A stretch of DNA of 64,000 bases from Botryllus schlosseri (Eukaryota), in assembly GCA_051294905.1 (NCBI GenBank), contig CM119371.1, forward strand, positions 14,448,001 to 14,512,000, written 5' to 3'. Positions within the stretch are counted from its first letter, which is position 1. Every line of letters starts with the position of its first letter. The notes beneath the pieces are model-generated. The model made no database searches, was not told where the DNA came from, and saw only the letters and a program-made list of their open reading frames with translations. A program made the position numbers and the translations under genes. This document shows positions 13,595 through 25,856 of the stretch, one piece after another.

Positions 13595-14968
13595 ACCTAG
13601 AGGCATCGCATCACTATTGTTCTTCACTATGAGTAGAGCATGCTAGATTCTTGATGTGAAAGCAAGTCGGGAAGCCACTATATTGGTTTTAGGAGTATGG
13701 TCAGAACGAAATATATTCAGACTCATCTTTCATCACCATTTCATTTCCAGTTACCAAAAATATTCAACTTCACAATGCGTCGCTACACGTGATTTTCATA
13801 TATAAGTTGTAGGGTACATGTTGAATTTGATGATATATGTAATACTTGAGAAATTTGTTAAGATGTTGTATGTAATGTACAGTCCAGTGTTTGTTGATGA
13901 ATCATTTGTGATATGCGTTTTTTTTTCGGTATATGCTCGAATTGATACGGTTCTTCGTTTTTATAATCGAGGATTCCTTGAGTGACTGCTGCTGGTTTGT
14001 ACGATTTCATGACTCGCCGTTGAACAGGTATCGCTACATTACTCCGCTGTTTGTGAATTAAACTGATAATATCAAGTTTAGAAACGGATCTCAGCCGCAG
14101 AGCAGGGCTACTCCACTCGCTGTCAGAATGCAGGCCTTTTCAGGGTTGGATCCGGGCCTTATACGTATCAGTGTTTACTTGGCTTGTCAAAGACAAGTCT
14201 CTTTTCGCTGATTTCACTAACGGGACAATAAATACATTCGACTTGTTGCTTTTGCTAATACCGCTGTACCGGGTTCTGTATAGTTATACCGTTATAAGGA
14301 CAAATGACGTAGTTTATTTTTGTCCTTGGTGTTTTATAACATTTGTAATACCAAATAACATAATAACATTTGTATGACTGTAAAATATTTCAAGATGGTA
14401 TCGGACTTTTGTATATTAACCTTTGGTAAAAATAGTTGAATATCTCTGCCGTAGACAGGCCGGAACATATTCAGAACTTTATCAGTACACACAATAAACA
14501 TTCGTTAAAAGTTAGTTGTACGAACAAACGATGAGAATTTTGATAATATACATTTACCGTTACATTATAGAAATACGTGGTACGGTGATATAAAAGACAT
14601 CTGCAAGGTGCATCGTTGGTCAACCAAAAATTAGCAAGCAATACACAAAGCAAAATTACAAAAACGAAATGTAACTGCAGCTATGTTTCTTCTATATTTT
14701 CCCTTACCGACAAGTACAACCTGTCTGCTCCAACATGGATAGCATACGAACCAAAGGTAGATAGCGATCTTTCTTTATCGGCAGCTGGCGGAGTGTCAGT
14801 GGCAGATTGAGATCTAGCTGCTAAGTGATGATTACTGATCGGGTAATACTCTTCACTCGGCGTTGCATCCATGCCAATATGTTGACTGGGAATGGTGTTT
14901 TCGGAATGCATAGTCACGCGAGTCGCGTTGCCATACGATGAATTTGTATCGGTAGTGCCTGAGCAACT

Positions 14969-16040
14969 TTACCGCCGATAATATATCACGGTGGCTGCAC
15001 ACAGCCGTCTCATTGTGGAAATAGCGGACTCTACCGTCGAGCCGGCTATTCTTATAGCCCGCAGAGATTTAACAGCCTTTCGAAACTCTATCGATCTTAC
15101 GCTGTATATCAGACAATTCCACAAGCTGTTACTTAGCAAAATGATGCCGAAGCAATATCCGAGGGAATAAGAGATTTTAATGGACAGTAAATCTAACTGT
15201 TCCGGCAAAGACAATTCAATGTCGTCGAATGCAGAGGCGGCAAATAAGGTGGCAAAGGTTGGCACGTAGCACGCCACGAAAACACCCACCATTAATCCCA
15301 AGACCTTACTTACCCGTCTTTCCATATCATCGACATTTCTACCCTTTTTCGTTATAATTGCTGTGAGTTTTTTTCGAACTTTAGCATGCTTTTTTGTTGC
15401 GCGAAAAATCATGATGTTTGTCACGCATGTTAGGATCAAAGGAAGGCCAAACGCCACCGACAGCAAAATGCTAGCGGTATCACCAACAGGTGTTACCGTG
15501 AGCCCGGCATTAAGTATATACTTTAAATTCTTTATCATGAATGGTATCATAGAAATAAAAATACCCAATATCCATGTGACACAGCTAGCAATCTTGGAGT
15601 GCGTCTTGGCGTTCAATTTGTTGTAACTAAGCGGTCTGGAAATCGCCCACAATCTGTCGCAACTCGCAATCAATAGCGTGTACACCGATGTTGTGAGAGT
15701 CAGCAATGTGAAAAAGCCCAAAACATTGATATATGCAGTAGGAACGACCGATCTCGTACGCCCGCCTGCATGTCTGTAAGTTATATTCGATTAAGCCGTC
15801 ACTATTTCTCCCATTTTGCGCGGCACGCGAAATTCTAAATAGCCAAATACGATCGTGCTCGGTATGACCGTCAATCCACTCATTAAGTCGCTAGAAGCCA
15901 AGTTGATTTTGTATATTGCTTGACTGTTTCGCAGCTTTGCAGTGGTCGTGTAAACTACGAGCACGATTATGTTCGCCGCTATCACAGCAATGGATAGGAC
16001 CGTCGTGACGAGTGAACATATTGCCAAACTAGACATGATC
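14969..16040 (-). CDS. GPCR 7TM exon (premature TAA at 15793-15791 in ECL1; frame continues past a second TAA to 14681)
   Basis: Seven hydrophobic segments with class A motifs in a single frame. Confidence 0.85.
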
Positions 16041-16592
16041 CTGAAATAAAGAGATATTTTCATTGAAATCTTGTACAATGCAAGCCCATAACCATAACCA
16101 TTGAGTTTGCGACAAAGAGGGTACCAAGTATATGATCCGCCAAACACGTAGTTCTCGCTAAATTGCGTTTAATATGTGTGATACGAGTCAGAACACGAAC
16201 CTATACTGTACCAGACCACGATCAGACATATCGACTTCACTTTTTCAAGTCATATCCTTCTTATTTTATCGTCTGTAACTCTTGATTTAGTGTACGATGC
16301 ATGCCTCTTATTTACAAGTTGTAGGCCAAACTGAGCAAGGAAGTCACCTCTTGAGGCGAAGCCTCGGCTTTCAAACTGTTCTCTGAATTGGAATAGCAGA
16401 ATTTATACGGATTCGCAGTAACTATTCAAAATGTTTTCGCTTCGTGTGAAAATCATATTTTGTTCTTTCAATAATTCAACATTGTACTGTAACTGGAATA
16501 GGATGTCCAATCGCGTACGCCCAGAAAGTGGCGCCTTCAACTCTCCAAAATGCACCGCCATATAATATTAATGGTACGGGGTGAACTCTTAC

Positions 16593-17296
16593 CTTATCGA
16601 ATAAGTACTCCACGGCGATATATCCCTTTCCATAGCTGTGTCCATGTCGTAACCTACCCACGTGATATCGCCGAACAAAGTGAACGGCGTGCACATTTCG
16701 TGAAATCTACCAACGCCCCCGGACGGTCGATCGAATAATGCGATTTGAACACATGGTTCGTTCAAGGTTTCAATGCTCAAGTCGCGCGGCATCAATGATG
16801 TAACTAAGTTTCTCCACAGTTCTTCATCACGTGTCGTCTGTGCGTCATTCACATACGGAATATGTTTTTGTACATAATTGTAGAGAGTTTCAACGCAATT
16901 GTTGAATAGCTTGTTCCGGTCACAGAAGCTCTGGTACACCAGTTTGGTGAAGGGTGTGAAATCATAGACTGGATCGTCACACTCAGAATTATATTGATCG
17001 CATTTCCAATTCCTTAAGGTTGTAAGATAAGTCGTGAGGTAATGCCCACCGGAGTACCACACACGAGCAAAATCTTTGTAGTACATGTCGCAGCATATAT
17101 TCCTGTTAGCAGATAAGTACGCCGAAAAACTGTCACACTTCAACAGTTTAGGGTTATTGAATTTCTGTGGTACAACGTTGATAATATTTGACGTTTTGTT
17201 ATTAGTCGACGCGTCACATTGCATCATGAGCATCAGTAACAACCACACCAGTACCATGATATTGTTGCAATGTGACATGAAATATATTCGTCCCAT
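16593..17296 (-). CDS. GPCR exon encoding signal peptide and Cys-rich ectodomain
   Basis: 235-aa ORF; hydrophobic MVLVWLLLMLMMQCDA leader, Cys-rich body; acceptor at 17361-17360, donor at 16592-16591. Confidence 0.85.
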
Positions 17297-18154
17297 TGTA
17301 AGCAGCGGTTCCGGTCATTTGGTTTCAAATTTAAAATATGGAACGATTCGAATTTGGTGCTGAAATAAGAAGAAAAAGTCTTCAAATATAATCATTAATT
17401 TAAAAAGTCACTCTAGCTTATCCTCCCGCAAAAGAGTTCACTTGTTACATATTACATGATATCATGTTTGAAGACCTTCTTCGAGGTATACAGAAATTCA
17501 ATTGAAAAATGAATATTTACATTGAAGTTACTATTCGTTAATATCATATATATTACATATTAAATAAACTTGAAAACTCAGGCTCAATAAATTTGATCGC
17601 TAAAAATCTTCCAATCTGGTCAATAAAGGATTGAAATGTACCCGTAACTGATGTAGTGTATATAACCTAACTTTTATATACAGAACTGTTATGAATTTGC
17701 GACCGAATGAATAAACGGCTACTGTTAATAAATAAATTGAATTCCATGAGTAAATTTCATTTAATGAGTTATCGCCGTCATTGTCAGATTGTCCTCGTCA
17801 ACGCAAGTTCGTATTGGACTTTGGTCGGTCTAGGTTTGCTCATCATCGAATCGCATGTCGTCGCATAATGGTGTATTTCAAAATTATGCCTCCTGCTTTA
17901 TGAGAGGGAACTATGCAAATGTACACGAAAACGTGGTATTACATCAATGTGAGACACTGGATGGAAGCAGCGAAGGATTTTGTTGATAGTTAGAGTCGTG
18001 ATGTCCATTGTGGTGTAATCACCCAACTTGGCCGTACGCTATCCGTTTCAAGATTGAATAATACGAAGAGTATTAATGATATGCGCTAGTACAGCATATG
18101 GAAGCGTCACGACTGTGTTCAGAAAAGTCGCGAGCTAACCAATCGGATTGTGAC

Positions 18155-18643
18155 CAGGGCTGGGCGAAATCGAGTACCTGAGTGATTCGATTCTGAATCA
18201 CGTATTACGATTCGAGTATTCGAGTATCACTCATCATGACTTCACAATTGAATGCACTATGTCGAAGTTGAAGTATGTACCTTTTATGCCACAACAAAGA
18301 ATATAATGCCTGTTATCCGTCACATTAAAGATATTTTGGTATTTTTTCGACAATACCGACTTCATTGCACTTTTTGACAATGTTGTGAGATGATCAGGAC
18401 TTCGTAAATGAGTTATTTCTTTGTACTATGTCTCGTAGGCTGCGACACGGCCAACCAAGGTTTAAAGGCTTCCTCGGTGGAAAATCGAATAAAAACTATA
18501 ATTCTCGCTATTAAATTAACTTATAGTTGCGAGGAGTGTATAATTTCAGTACTCGACGAAATCAGCTTTTACGATTCGACTCAAGGCATTAAAATTAATA
18601 CTCGATTCATAATCGAGTACTCGAATCATTGAGCCCAGCCCTA
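18155..18643. mobile_element. hAT MITE (TCGA-repeat family)
   Basis: TIR AGGGCTGGGC; flanks ATTGTGAC and ATCGTAAC (6/8); related inverted fragment near 7430-7642. Confidence 0.8.
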
Positions 18644-18759
18644 ATCGTAACAGGATAAAATAAGCTGGGGAAAGTATATAGAAAATTAATCCATTGGACA
18701 TATATCATGGAATTCCGTAATTATGTCACCTCGTGATCAAAATAACAGGTAATTGAATT

Positions 18760-18825
18760 GACAGTATTGCCGTGACAGTATTGTATTGCCGTGACAGTAT
18801 TGTATTGCCGTGACAGTATTGTATT
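18760..18825. repeat. 19-bp tandem repeat (GACAGTATTGTATTGCCGT), about 3 copies
   Basis: Read directly from the sequence. Confidence 0.85.
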
Positions 18826-19238
18826 TTCATATTTAGCTATTCTTCAATTAAAATGAAACTTATCGTGGTGATAGTGCATGTGGTGCAAATGAAAGACACA
18901 TATTTCGTCATACCATCGCTCTGACTTCTCCTTCACGTGTAAAGCCTTTGAATTAAAACGGTGGAGCACGGGAAACACGCATGAATGAATATATATATAT
19001 ATATATATAGGAGACGCCTACTGTTCATGCCATATTAATCATAACAATATGTTTCACACAAGTGCCCTTCGCGTCATATAAGGAAACTTGCAATATTCAT
19101 AAGGGTATTAAGCGATTAGGTATCAGACTCTATTTTGTTATACCATCATAACACGAATATATATTAGCAGCCTCTGAACGGGAAAAGTAGTTCGCGGCAC
19201 CCTAGCACGTCGAGCAGGCAATCACCCGCAGTGGAAAG

Positions 19239-21354
19239 TAGGGATGGTCTGAACGTGAGGTTCACGTTCGCGTTCTGTGTGTGAACCCCGGAAATTTAGA
19301 GGTTCGCGTTCACAACAAAACCTTGGTAGGTTCTGCACTGTGAACCTTTTTCATTTATTACAATTTTCATGTCATTACAACATCGTTGGTTCAAATTTAT
19401 TGCATTTCAACTGCAGACCACTCTATGCATGACGCTATAGGCATAAAAAATCAACACTAAACGAGCAAGTACCTTGACAATCTCAAAAGTTTTACTTGCT
19501 TTGGTACAAAAGCTTGCTCCAAATATCCAACTTTCCGTTTGTAAATATAAGTCTGCTGCGAGCGTAACAAAACATCACGATCGAAATAAGCTACGTAGTC
19601 AGCGAATGATGCTTATTTAACTAATCAATCTAGCAGGCGTATGGGGTCAATCTTGACTTCATATGTTTACTGGATCATTAAAACCAAATCGGTGCGATTG
19701 AGGTGTTGGCTACTGCTGCATAACTTATCAATGGGGTAATATCGGTAGCAAGTATATTGAAACCCTTTTCACACTCTGCTCAATATCACTGTAGCAATAC
19801 TCAAACGCCGAATACATTTTCCGATCTGTCATACGAAAAAGGTGACTCGAGTCTGACTTGAGTCAAGTCATGACTCGAGTCATCCCAATAGTGCTACAAG
19901 GCTATATCTGCATCTGCCTTGCCCGACGGCATATGCACACTATGTACTCATAGTATGTATCAGCCAGTGTTGGGATGACTCGAGTCATGACTTGACTCGA
20001 GTCAGACTCGAGTCACCTTTTTTGTATGACTTGACTTGACTCGAGTCACTTTGCTAAAATGACTTGACTTGACTTGACTCGGCGTATCAGAAATGTGGAT
20101 TGACTCGTGACTCGGAGCAAAATTCACGAGTCAATTTCAAGTCATCAAGTAATCGGTGTCGATAAAAATCTGTATCTGTAATATGTTTGGATTTTCGCGA
20201 AACGCTTGTGTAACCCATGAGAGTGACCACATTCAATGATCGTGCGTTTTGCTGAGCCTCCATTGTTCTCTCACAAATAAATTGACCGCAAACGAAGGTA
20301 TCGAAACTTATGGCTTACGTTGTCGTAAACTAGTAGTAAAGTAATTCAATGACAAATTGTATATTTATGTTCTCACCTTAACCAAACCTATTGTATTATT
20401 GAAATTGAATTCGAATATATTTCATATAGTACCCAACCATTGGCGCAGGCTCGAATTGTATCATGGGTAATGTATTGCGTCTTATCAATTCGTTCTCAAT
20501 CAATTCTCTATACTCTATTTTGGCTGGTAACTATCAACTGAGGCTATGTAATTACTTACGTAGTTTATCAGTTCTACACAGATGTGAGCGATACAGCGCC
20601 TTCTTGCGTGTTATACAACTTTATATTCGTTTAGCGGTTCAGAATCAATGACCACTCAATATGTATCTCAGTCAGCTAGGAAAATGCAATGACGTAATCA
20701 TGCCTCATACTTCGAAAAAGCAATTTGACTTGAATTGTGACTTGACTCGTGACTTGACTTGACTTGACTCGACTTGACTCGAGTCACCTCCCAAAATCAG
20801 GTGACTTGACTTGACTCGAGTCACATTTGAAAATCGATCGAATTGACTTTACTCGAGTCATAATGTGCCATGACTCGGAATGACTCGTGACTCGAAGGTA
20901 GTGACTTGATCCCAACACTGGTATCTGCATATACGCAGATCGTGTGTATGTATATCATGAGTCGGTGTATATACCGCAAGAACACCAAGAACAAAAGTAA
21001 ACTACGTTCCTTCCTTCCCTTATATTCCCTGGTAAGTCCTCGTCAAAATTGTTGGCAAAGCGACGGGGGATATTGATTTTATGAGATTATTATATCATGT
21101 GATTGCCCAATTCAAACATTTCGCGACGTTTAAAACGTCAATATGTATTTCAGCATTGTGACGTAATGTTGCCCGAGTCGTCGCTAGGTATCGTGTACAT
21201 TAATATAGACTATCATTTCATTGAAGGATAGGTTGGAATTGGCAATATGACGTCCCGTGACGTCATGAGGTTCACGTTCGTGTTCACACAGAACCTTTCA
21301 AAAAGGTTCGCGTTCACACGAATCTGAACCTTTTTGAGGTTCACACCATCCCTA
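19239..21354. mobile_element. hAT MITE (GGTTCAC/GTGAAC family) carrying a nested insertion of about 1.15 kb
   Basis: TIR TAGGGATGGT; perfect TSD GTGGAAAG; uninterrupted copy at 29771-30698. Confidence 0.93.
19965..20920. mobile_element. hAT MITE with GACTC(G)AGTC arrays, nested
   Basis: TIR CAGTGTTGGGAT; TSD GTATCAGC / GTATCTGC (7/8). Confidence 0.9.
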
Positions 21355-21689
21355 GTGGAAAGGTAACATAATACGTTGCACCGCTGCAATACCAACGCGT
21401 TGTTTCCTAGTGTCAAATGTTCTGATTGCGGTGACTAGAAAAAGCAAGACACCTTCGTCCAGACCTCAACCTCATGACCCAATTACCGGGCTGGTGACCT
21501 TTTGCTTGGATATCATCTTCTTAAATACTACTATATATGGGTGAGAGTAATGATAGCGTGGTGTGTGACGGTGGAGGCCCCGGCTTGATTTTTGGCAGCA
21601 GCATGTTCCGAAGCGTCGGAGATTTATCAGAGATTCTCCTCGCGTACTTTGCTGAGCTTACATCGGACTTACAACAAAGGCCCAGAGAA

Positions 21690-21950
21690 AGAGAGAGAGA
21701 GAGAGAGAGATGATACACTTTTTCGCCTGCACCATCGAGATGCTTCGACGATGGAGTTGCGATACGGCCGTGAGGTCATCTAGTCTGCGCCCGCGTTTTT
21801 TTCTCCTTCTCCATGCTATCCGTGATTGCTGAGCGCCTAGCAGGATAGCAGCGGATACCAATTTTCGAGTCTTTGGTATGACCAGGCCGGGGATCGAACC
21901 CACGACCTAACGATCGAGAAGCCGGACGCATAATCATTACACTGCCTATC
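21690..21950 (-). mobile_element. tRNA-derived SINE, family B, (TC)n tail
   Basis: Reverse complement of 61980-62267; B box GGTTCGATCCC. Confidence 0.88.
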
Positions 21951-23411
21951 AAGGATGGATTCAAGGAAGAGAAGCTAAGGTGATGCCAGATTGGGAGACC
22001 GTTCATGGTCGTTTCGACATCACATCGCATTTTACATTATGTGTATTGAGCGGGTATAAATAATAGAACCGCCGACTCTGCCCTACTCAGAGTTGGGATT
22101 CCCTAATATTTGCTATATTTTGACCTTGTTTACCACATTCTCTCGCGGCACGCCTGAGCAGTCCGATTGGCACATTAGCGAGGCGCGGCACACCGGTTGA
22201 GAACCAGCTTATAATGACATGGGTGCTGGCTTGATATGACGATATTAAGGATTACATTGCGGGCATACCATGTACCCATCTGTACCGTATAGTTTCCCAT
22301 TGCATTATTGTGAATCCCAACCTGGTCGTCCAACACTGCGACCAAGAAATTAAAGGATAAGGAGAGTCTTGCAGGCCACAAAAATGGTCACTGGTCACTG
22401 GTTAGTGGTTATATAACACTTGGGCTACTCAATGTACTAGTTAGTGCTAGTCAATGCCTATATGCAGACAACAACAAAAATAGTTTATAATCTACTGGTT
22501 ATTGCTGCTCCGTAATACGAGATATCATTTAATTCTATTGCATTTTCCTTTTTAAGATAAATGGGGAGCCCAAAGAACCGAACAGTGCCATAAATCTACT
22601 GATGCGTCGAATGCATTACTAATTACACGTTCTCACAAGTTAATGTATGCAACTTTGCGGTGTTACAAGTCATCACATGTATGTCTCCACTATAAATATG
22701 TGTCTACTGAGCATTTATTTTAAGCACCGTCTGGTCGGATGGTCGCGTATTAATAAATATAATTTGAACCAACTGCAATGGCTTAACCTATGCTAATTCA
22801 GACTATAAACTGAAGACAGTATAATCATAGTATAGCGTATATGCACGATTCAATATATAGAATCTAAAGTAGGCTAATGAACTTAGCACAGTTAACGCGA
22901 ATAACTATTGACCGAACTTATATTTGTTGTGTTTAGATATTCATGGTTTTCGATAGCATTCGTAGTTTTACACCAGGTCGATATTCGTTATTAAGATTAT
23001 GTTGACTTGTTGTACGGACAACTTCCAGGCTACTGACACCTGAAGTATAATCATTCCTAGATCCAAAACGCCTAATTTTATCACAGCAAGCACATATCCC
23101 ACCTTGAGAACGCATCACGAACTACGTGATATGAATTGCAGACACGACATAATCCGGAATTCCAGTCATTTGCCATAATTTCCGTTATACATAGAAAAAT
23201 GACATGTTCACAACTTGAATATAAACCGACGTTTATTACAAATCTGATTAAGAGAGATTTGAGCCGATTTTGCTAGGGTACCAGTGGAGAATTCGAGGGG
23301 CTAGTTCAAACTCATTTTCATCGTTAGCCGTTTCATGTTATCTTCAACTTCTTTTCATTCAGAGTGCAACTGCTCAATTGTGCATGTCTCTTATTCGCAT
23401 TCTCTATAGGC

Positions 23412-24100
23412 CAGGGGTCACCAACACGCGGCCCGCGAGGTCATATTTTGCAGCCCGCGATATCATGCTAGGTTTCGGAAGAGAGCTTAGTATAGCATTT
23501 TGAAATGCTGAAATTAATAACGTCAATATCCAAGTATTGTTGTTGCTCAAAATAAGCTATTCTCCGGTGCCCGGCATCACTATTTCTCATTGTATAGCTG
23601 TATGGCTTCGACAGCGGCAATAGCGTTTCACGGAGGAAGAAATAGCTGATATGAATGGGCAATTGGTCATTTGGGCATATTGTATTGACGTGCAATGGCC
23701 CAGACACTGCCAACTCACATCAGCCTGTGGGGCTTTCCATCAAGATCAAGCTTTTCGAGAGGATAGTTTTACAGAAAGTACCGTGTCTATCTAACACCAA
23801 CGATCTAACATCGATTCTTCAATCGCTGAAAAGTGTTGTAAATTATCGTGCCCAGCTCCTACTTCAAAATAGAAATATAGTTACGATCATGATATTTTGG
23901 TTATACTTGTATGTCTTTAATAAATTAGGATTTCTTCTGTGGTAACTATGCCCGTCGCCCAGCATGTTAGACAGCACGGCGTTTTACTGATGTAATGTTT
24001 TAAAAGCGTGGTTGTTAGACTGCGTGCCCTGTTTTGATCTCGATATCGAATTCATGCGGTCCGCAGCCTCTACGAACCGGCTTTAAGTTGGTGACCCCTG
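23412..24100. mobile_element. hAT Charlie-type MITE (GCGGCCCGCG family)
   Basis: TIR CAGGGGTCACCAAC; related copies at about 48142-48785 and 55355-55880. Confidence 0.88.
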
Positions 24101-24786
24101 CTCGAAGCCATAGTGGTGTTAAATACTACTTCAAATCGTTTCGATGCGCTCCAATCGTTTCATTATATCTTGTGTGTTGTGATCTGATGAAAATTTCTGC
24201 AATGCTTGCTTGCTTGGTTGATTGTAGTCTTGGTAAGTGCCTTGCGGGGAAAGCATTTTGGATCATTTGGAAATCAGACAAACGTTACGGGATGATTCTT
24301 GCGCAGCTTATACGTTCTTTATGGTTGTTCAAAATTGGCCAACTTTGAAAAAATCCTTTTTTAGAAACGTACTGCCATTGATTGCTTGCATAGATATCTA
24401 GAATATCTTGCTTGGTTTGTTGCCATATGTTGTTTCGTTTCATCGTGGACTATAGTATTTGTAATTCTACCGCGATTGGGATCAGTATCAGGCATATTCG
24501 ATGATTTCTAATGCAGTATGGAGTGTTCGTTAGGTATTTCGACGCAATCCGGCGAAATGTAATTCGATAAACTGATGATTTCTTCGTCTTTATTAACGTG
24601 GTCATATGATTTAGCACTGGTCCCCAAACCCAATTTTATCGCGGGCCATATCAGCGTGTTTTTGTTCCCTTCGGTAGACCCGATATATTACCTGGGCAAG
24701 GTTATATAAAGTTTGGACAAATATAGCAACAACACATGGTTGAATTGGATATACACATCGATCGCAACATTCTAGACACGATAGCT

Positions 24787-25165
24787 TAAGGTTGCCATAT
24801 TTTGTTAATGTGAAAAGAGGGCATTATTTCAAAATTTTCAGACTTGCAATACCGGAGGAAAATCCATTTCGTAAAAGGTCAACTTTTTGAGTCAACTTCC
24901 GAGATACAGTTTTTCTTTCACATTATCCGTTGGTTGGCTAAAAAAATGTCATCTTTTCGGTCCAGATCCCGCAATAGCCGCCGGAAGGTTACTTCACTGC
25001 TAATTTACTGTATCTCGCTCCAATTTTACCCTATATTTAAACAGAATTCTCAAAAAGAGGAAAAAATCTTAAAAACAGGGACATTTGTGCGTCCTCCGAG
25101 GACACTTTCTAAAAAATTCAAAAAAGAGGACAGATCCTCCTAAAAGAGGACGTATGGTAACCCTA
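24787..25165. mobile_element. hAT MITE (GAGGAC-repeat family), second copy
   Basis: Aligns with 12027-12361; flanks CGATAGCT and CGAAGCT. Confidence 0.85.
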
Positions 25166-25582
25166 CGAAGCTACGATAGCTCCATTAGTCACTAATTACG
25201 GGACACTTAAGCATGGATACAGAAATCTTACCTAAGTTGCGGGGGTTTAGCTAGGCTCTTTCTCACCAGTCACCATATACGGTCCGCGTAAGGTAGGCCT
25301 ATGTCTTACAAAAGTCTAGAAAAAAACGTCATGCTAAAAGTCAGCAGTTAAAGAATCATAAAAAATAAAGGTCTTATGTAAAATAACAGAGGTAGTCGAA
25401 ACAGCTTGTATGCAAAAACAATAACAGGTAATCGAAGTTGTCTCACGAAATCATTATTGAATAAACACCGGTCTCTATGAGAATTAGTAAACCCTGTCAG
25501 ACACGAATTTCCGTAAATCCAGTATACGAAACCGTGAAATCGACAAGATGCTTTAAAACTTCGAAGATAAAAAACATTTACC

Positions 25583-25823
25583 GTTGTTGTTGTTTGTGGT
25601 GTTCATGGTATTCCTTATTTTTGATTCCGTAACTGCGGACTTGTTGCACGGCCCACTTGTAGGCTTTTTAAGACACCGCTTACGCGAAAGGGATGGCGAG
25701 GAGGAGCCTAAATAAACCTCCAACACTCATAGACAGGAATTCTGGAGTACACCTCGGTCGGACTCGAACCCACAACCCATAGGTGTTGCAGCTGTGGATT
25801 ATACTACTACGATATCTCGTCAC
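25583..25823 (-). mobile_element. SINE family A
   Basis: Reverse complement of family A with (AAC)n-type tail. Confidence 0.85.
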
Positions 25824-25856
25824 TTTACATTTACAGTTACTCCTATTCCTCATAGG

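Larger units (their letters stand above)
14681..17296 (-). pseudogene. Orphan class A (rhodopsin-like) GPCR with Cys-rich N-terminal ectodomain; two in-frame TAA codons (probable young pseudogene or null allele)
   Basis: Coding exon 17296-16593 splices (AG|gtaaga...tttcag|G) in phase to exon 16040-14681. ORFs 15791..16147, 14969..15721 and 14681..14917 share one frame separated only by TAA at 15793-15791 and 14971-14969. Motifs: AN (TM1), NLASSD (TM2), CDRLWAI.RPL.Y (TM3), W (TM4), CYVP (TM6), NSLWNCLIY..R..EFR (TM7/helix 8). Confidence 0.85.

Noticed and set aside
14471..14653. ORF in frame beyond the GPCR TAG, suggesting a reassigned genetic code
   Set aside because: AT-rich UTR-like composition, and about 850 mGluR codons plus the Harbinger ORFs contain no internal stops.
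19965..20130. CRISPR-like array of palindromic GACTCGAGTC repeats
   Set aside because: Irregular spacing, no unique spacers, no cas genes; these are hAT subterminal motifs inside TIR/TSD-bounded elements.
21776..22030. Similar short ORFs here and at 61978..62286
   Set aside because: Chance frames through two copies of SINE family B.
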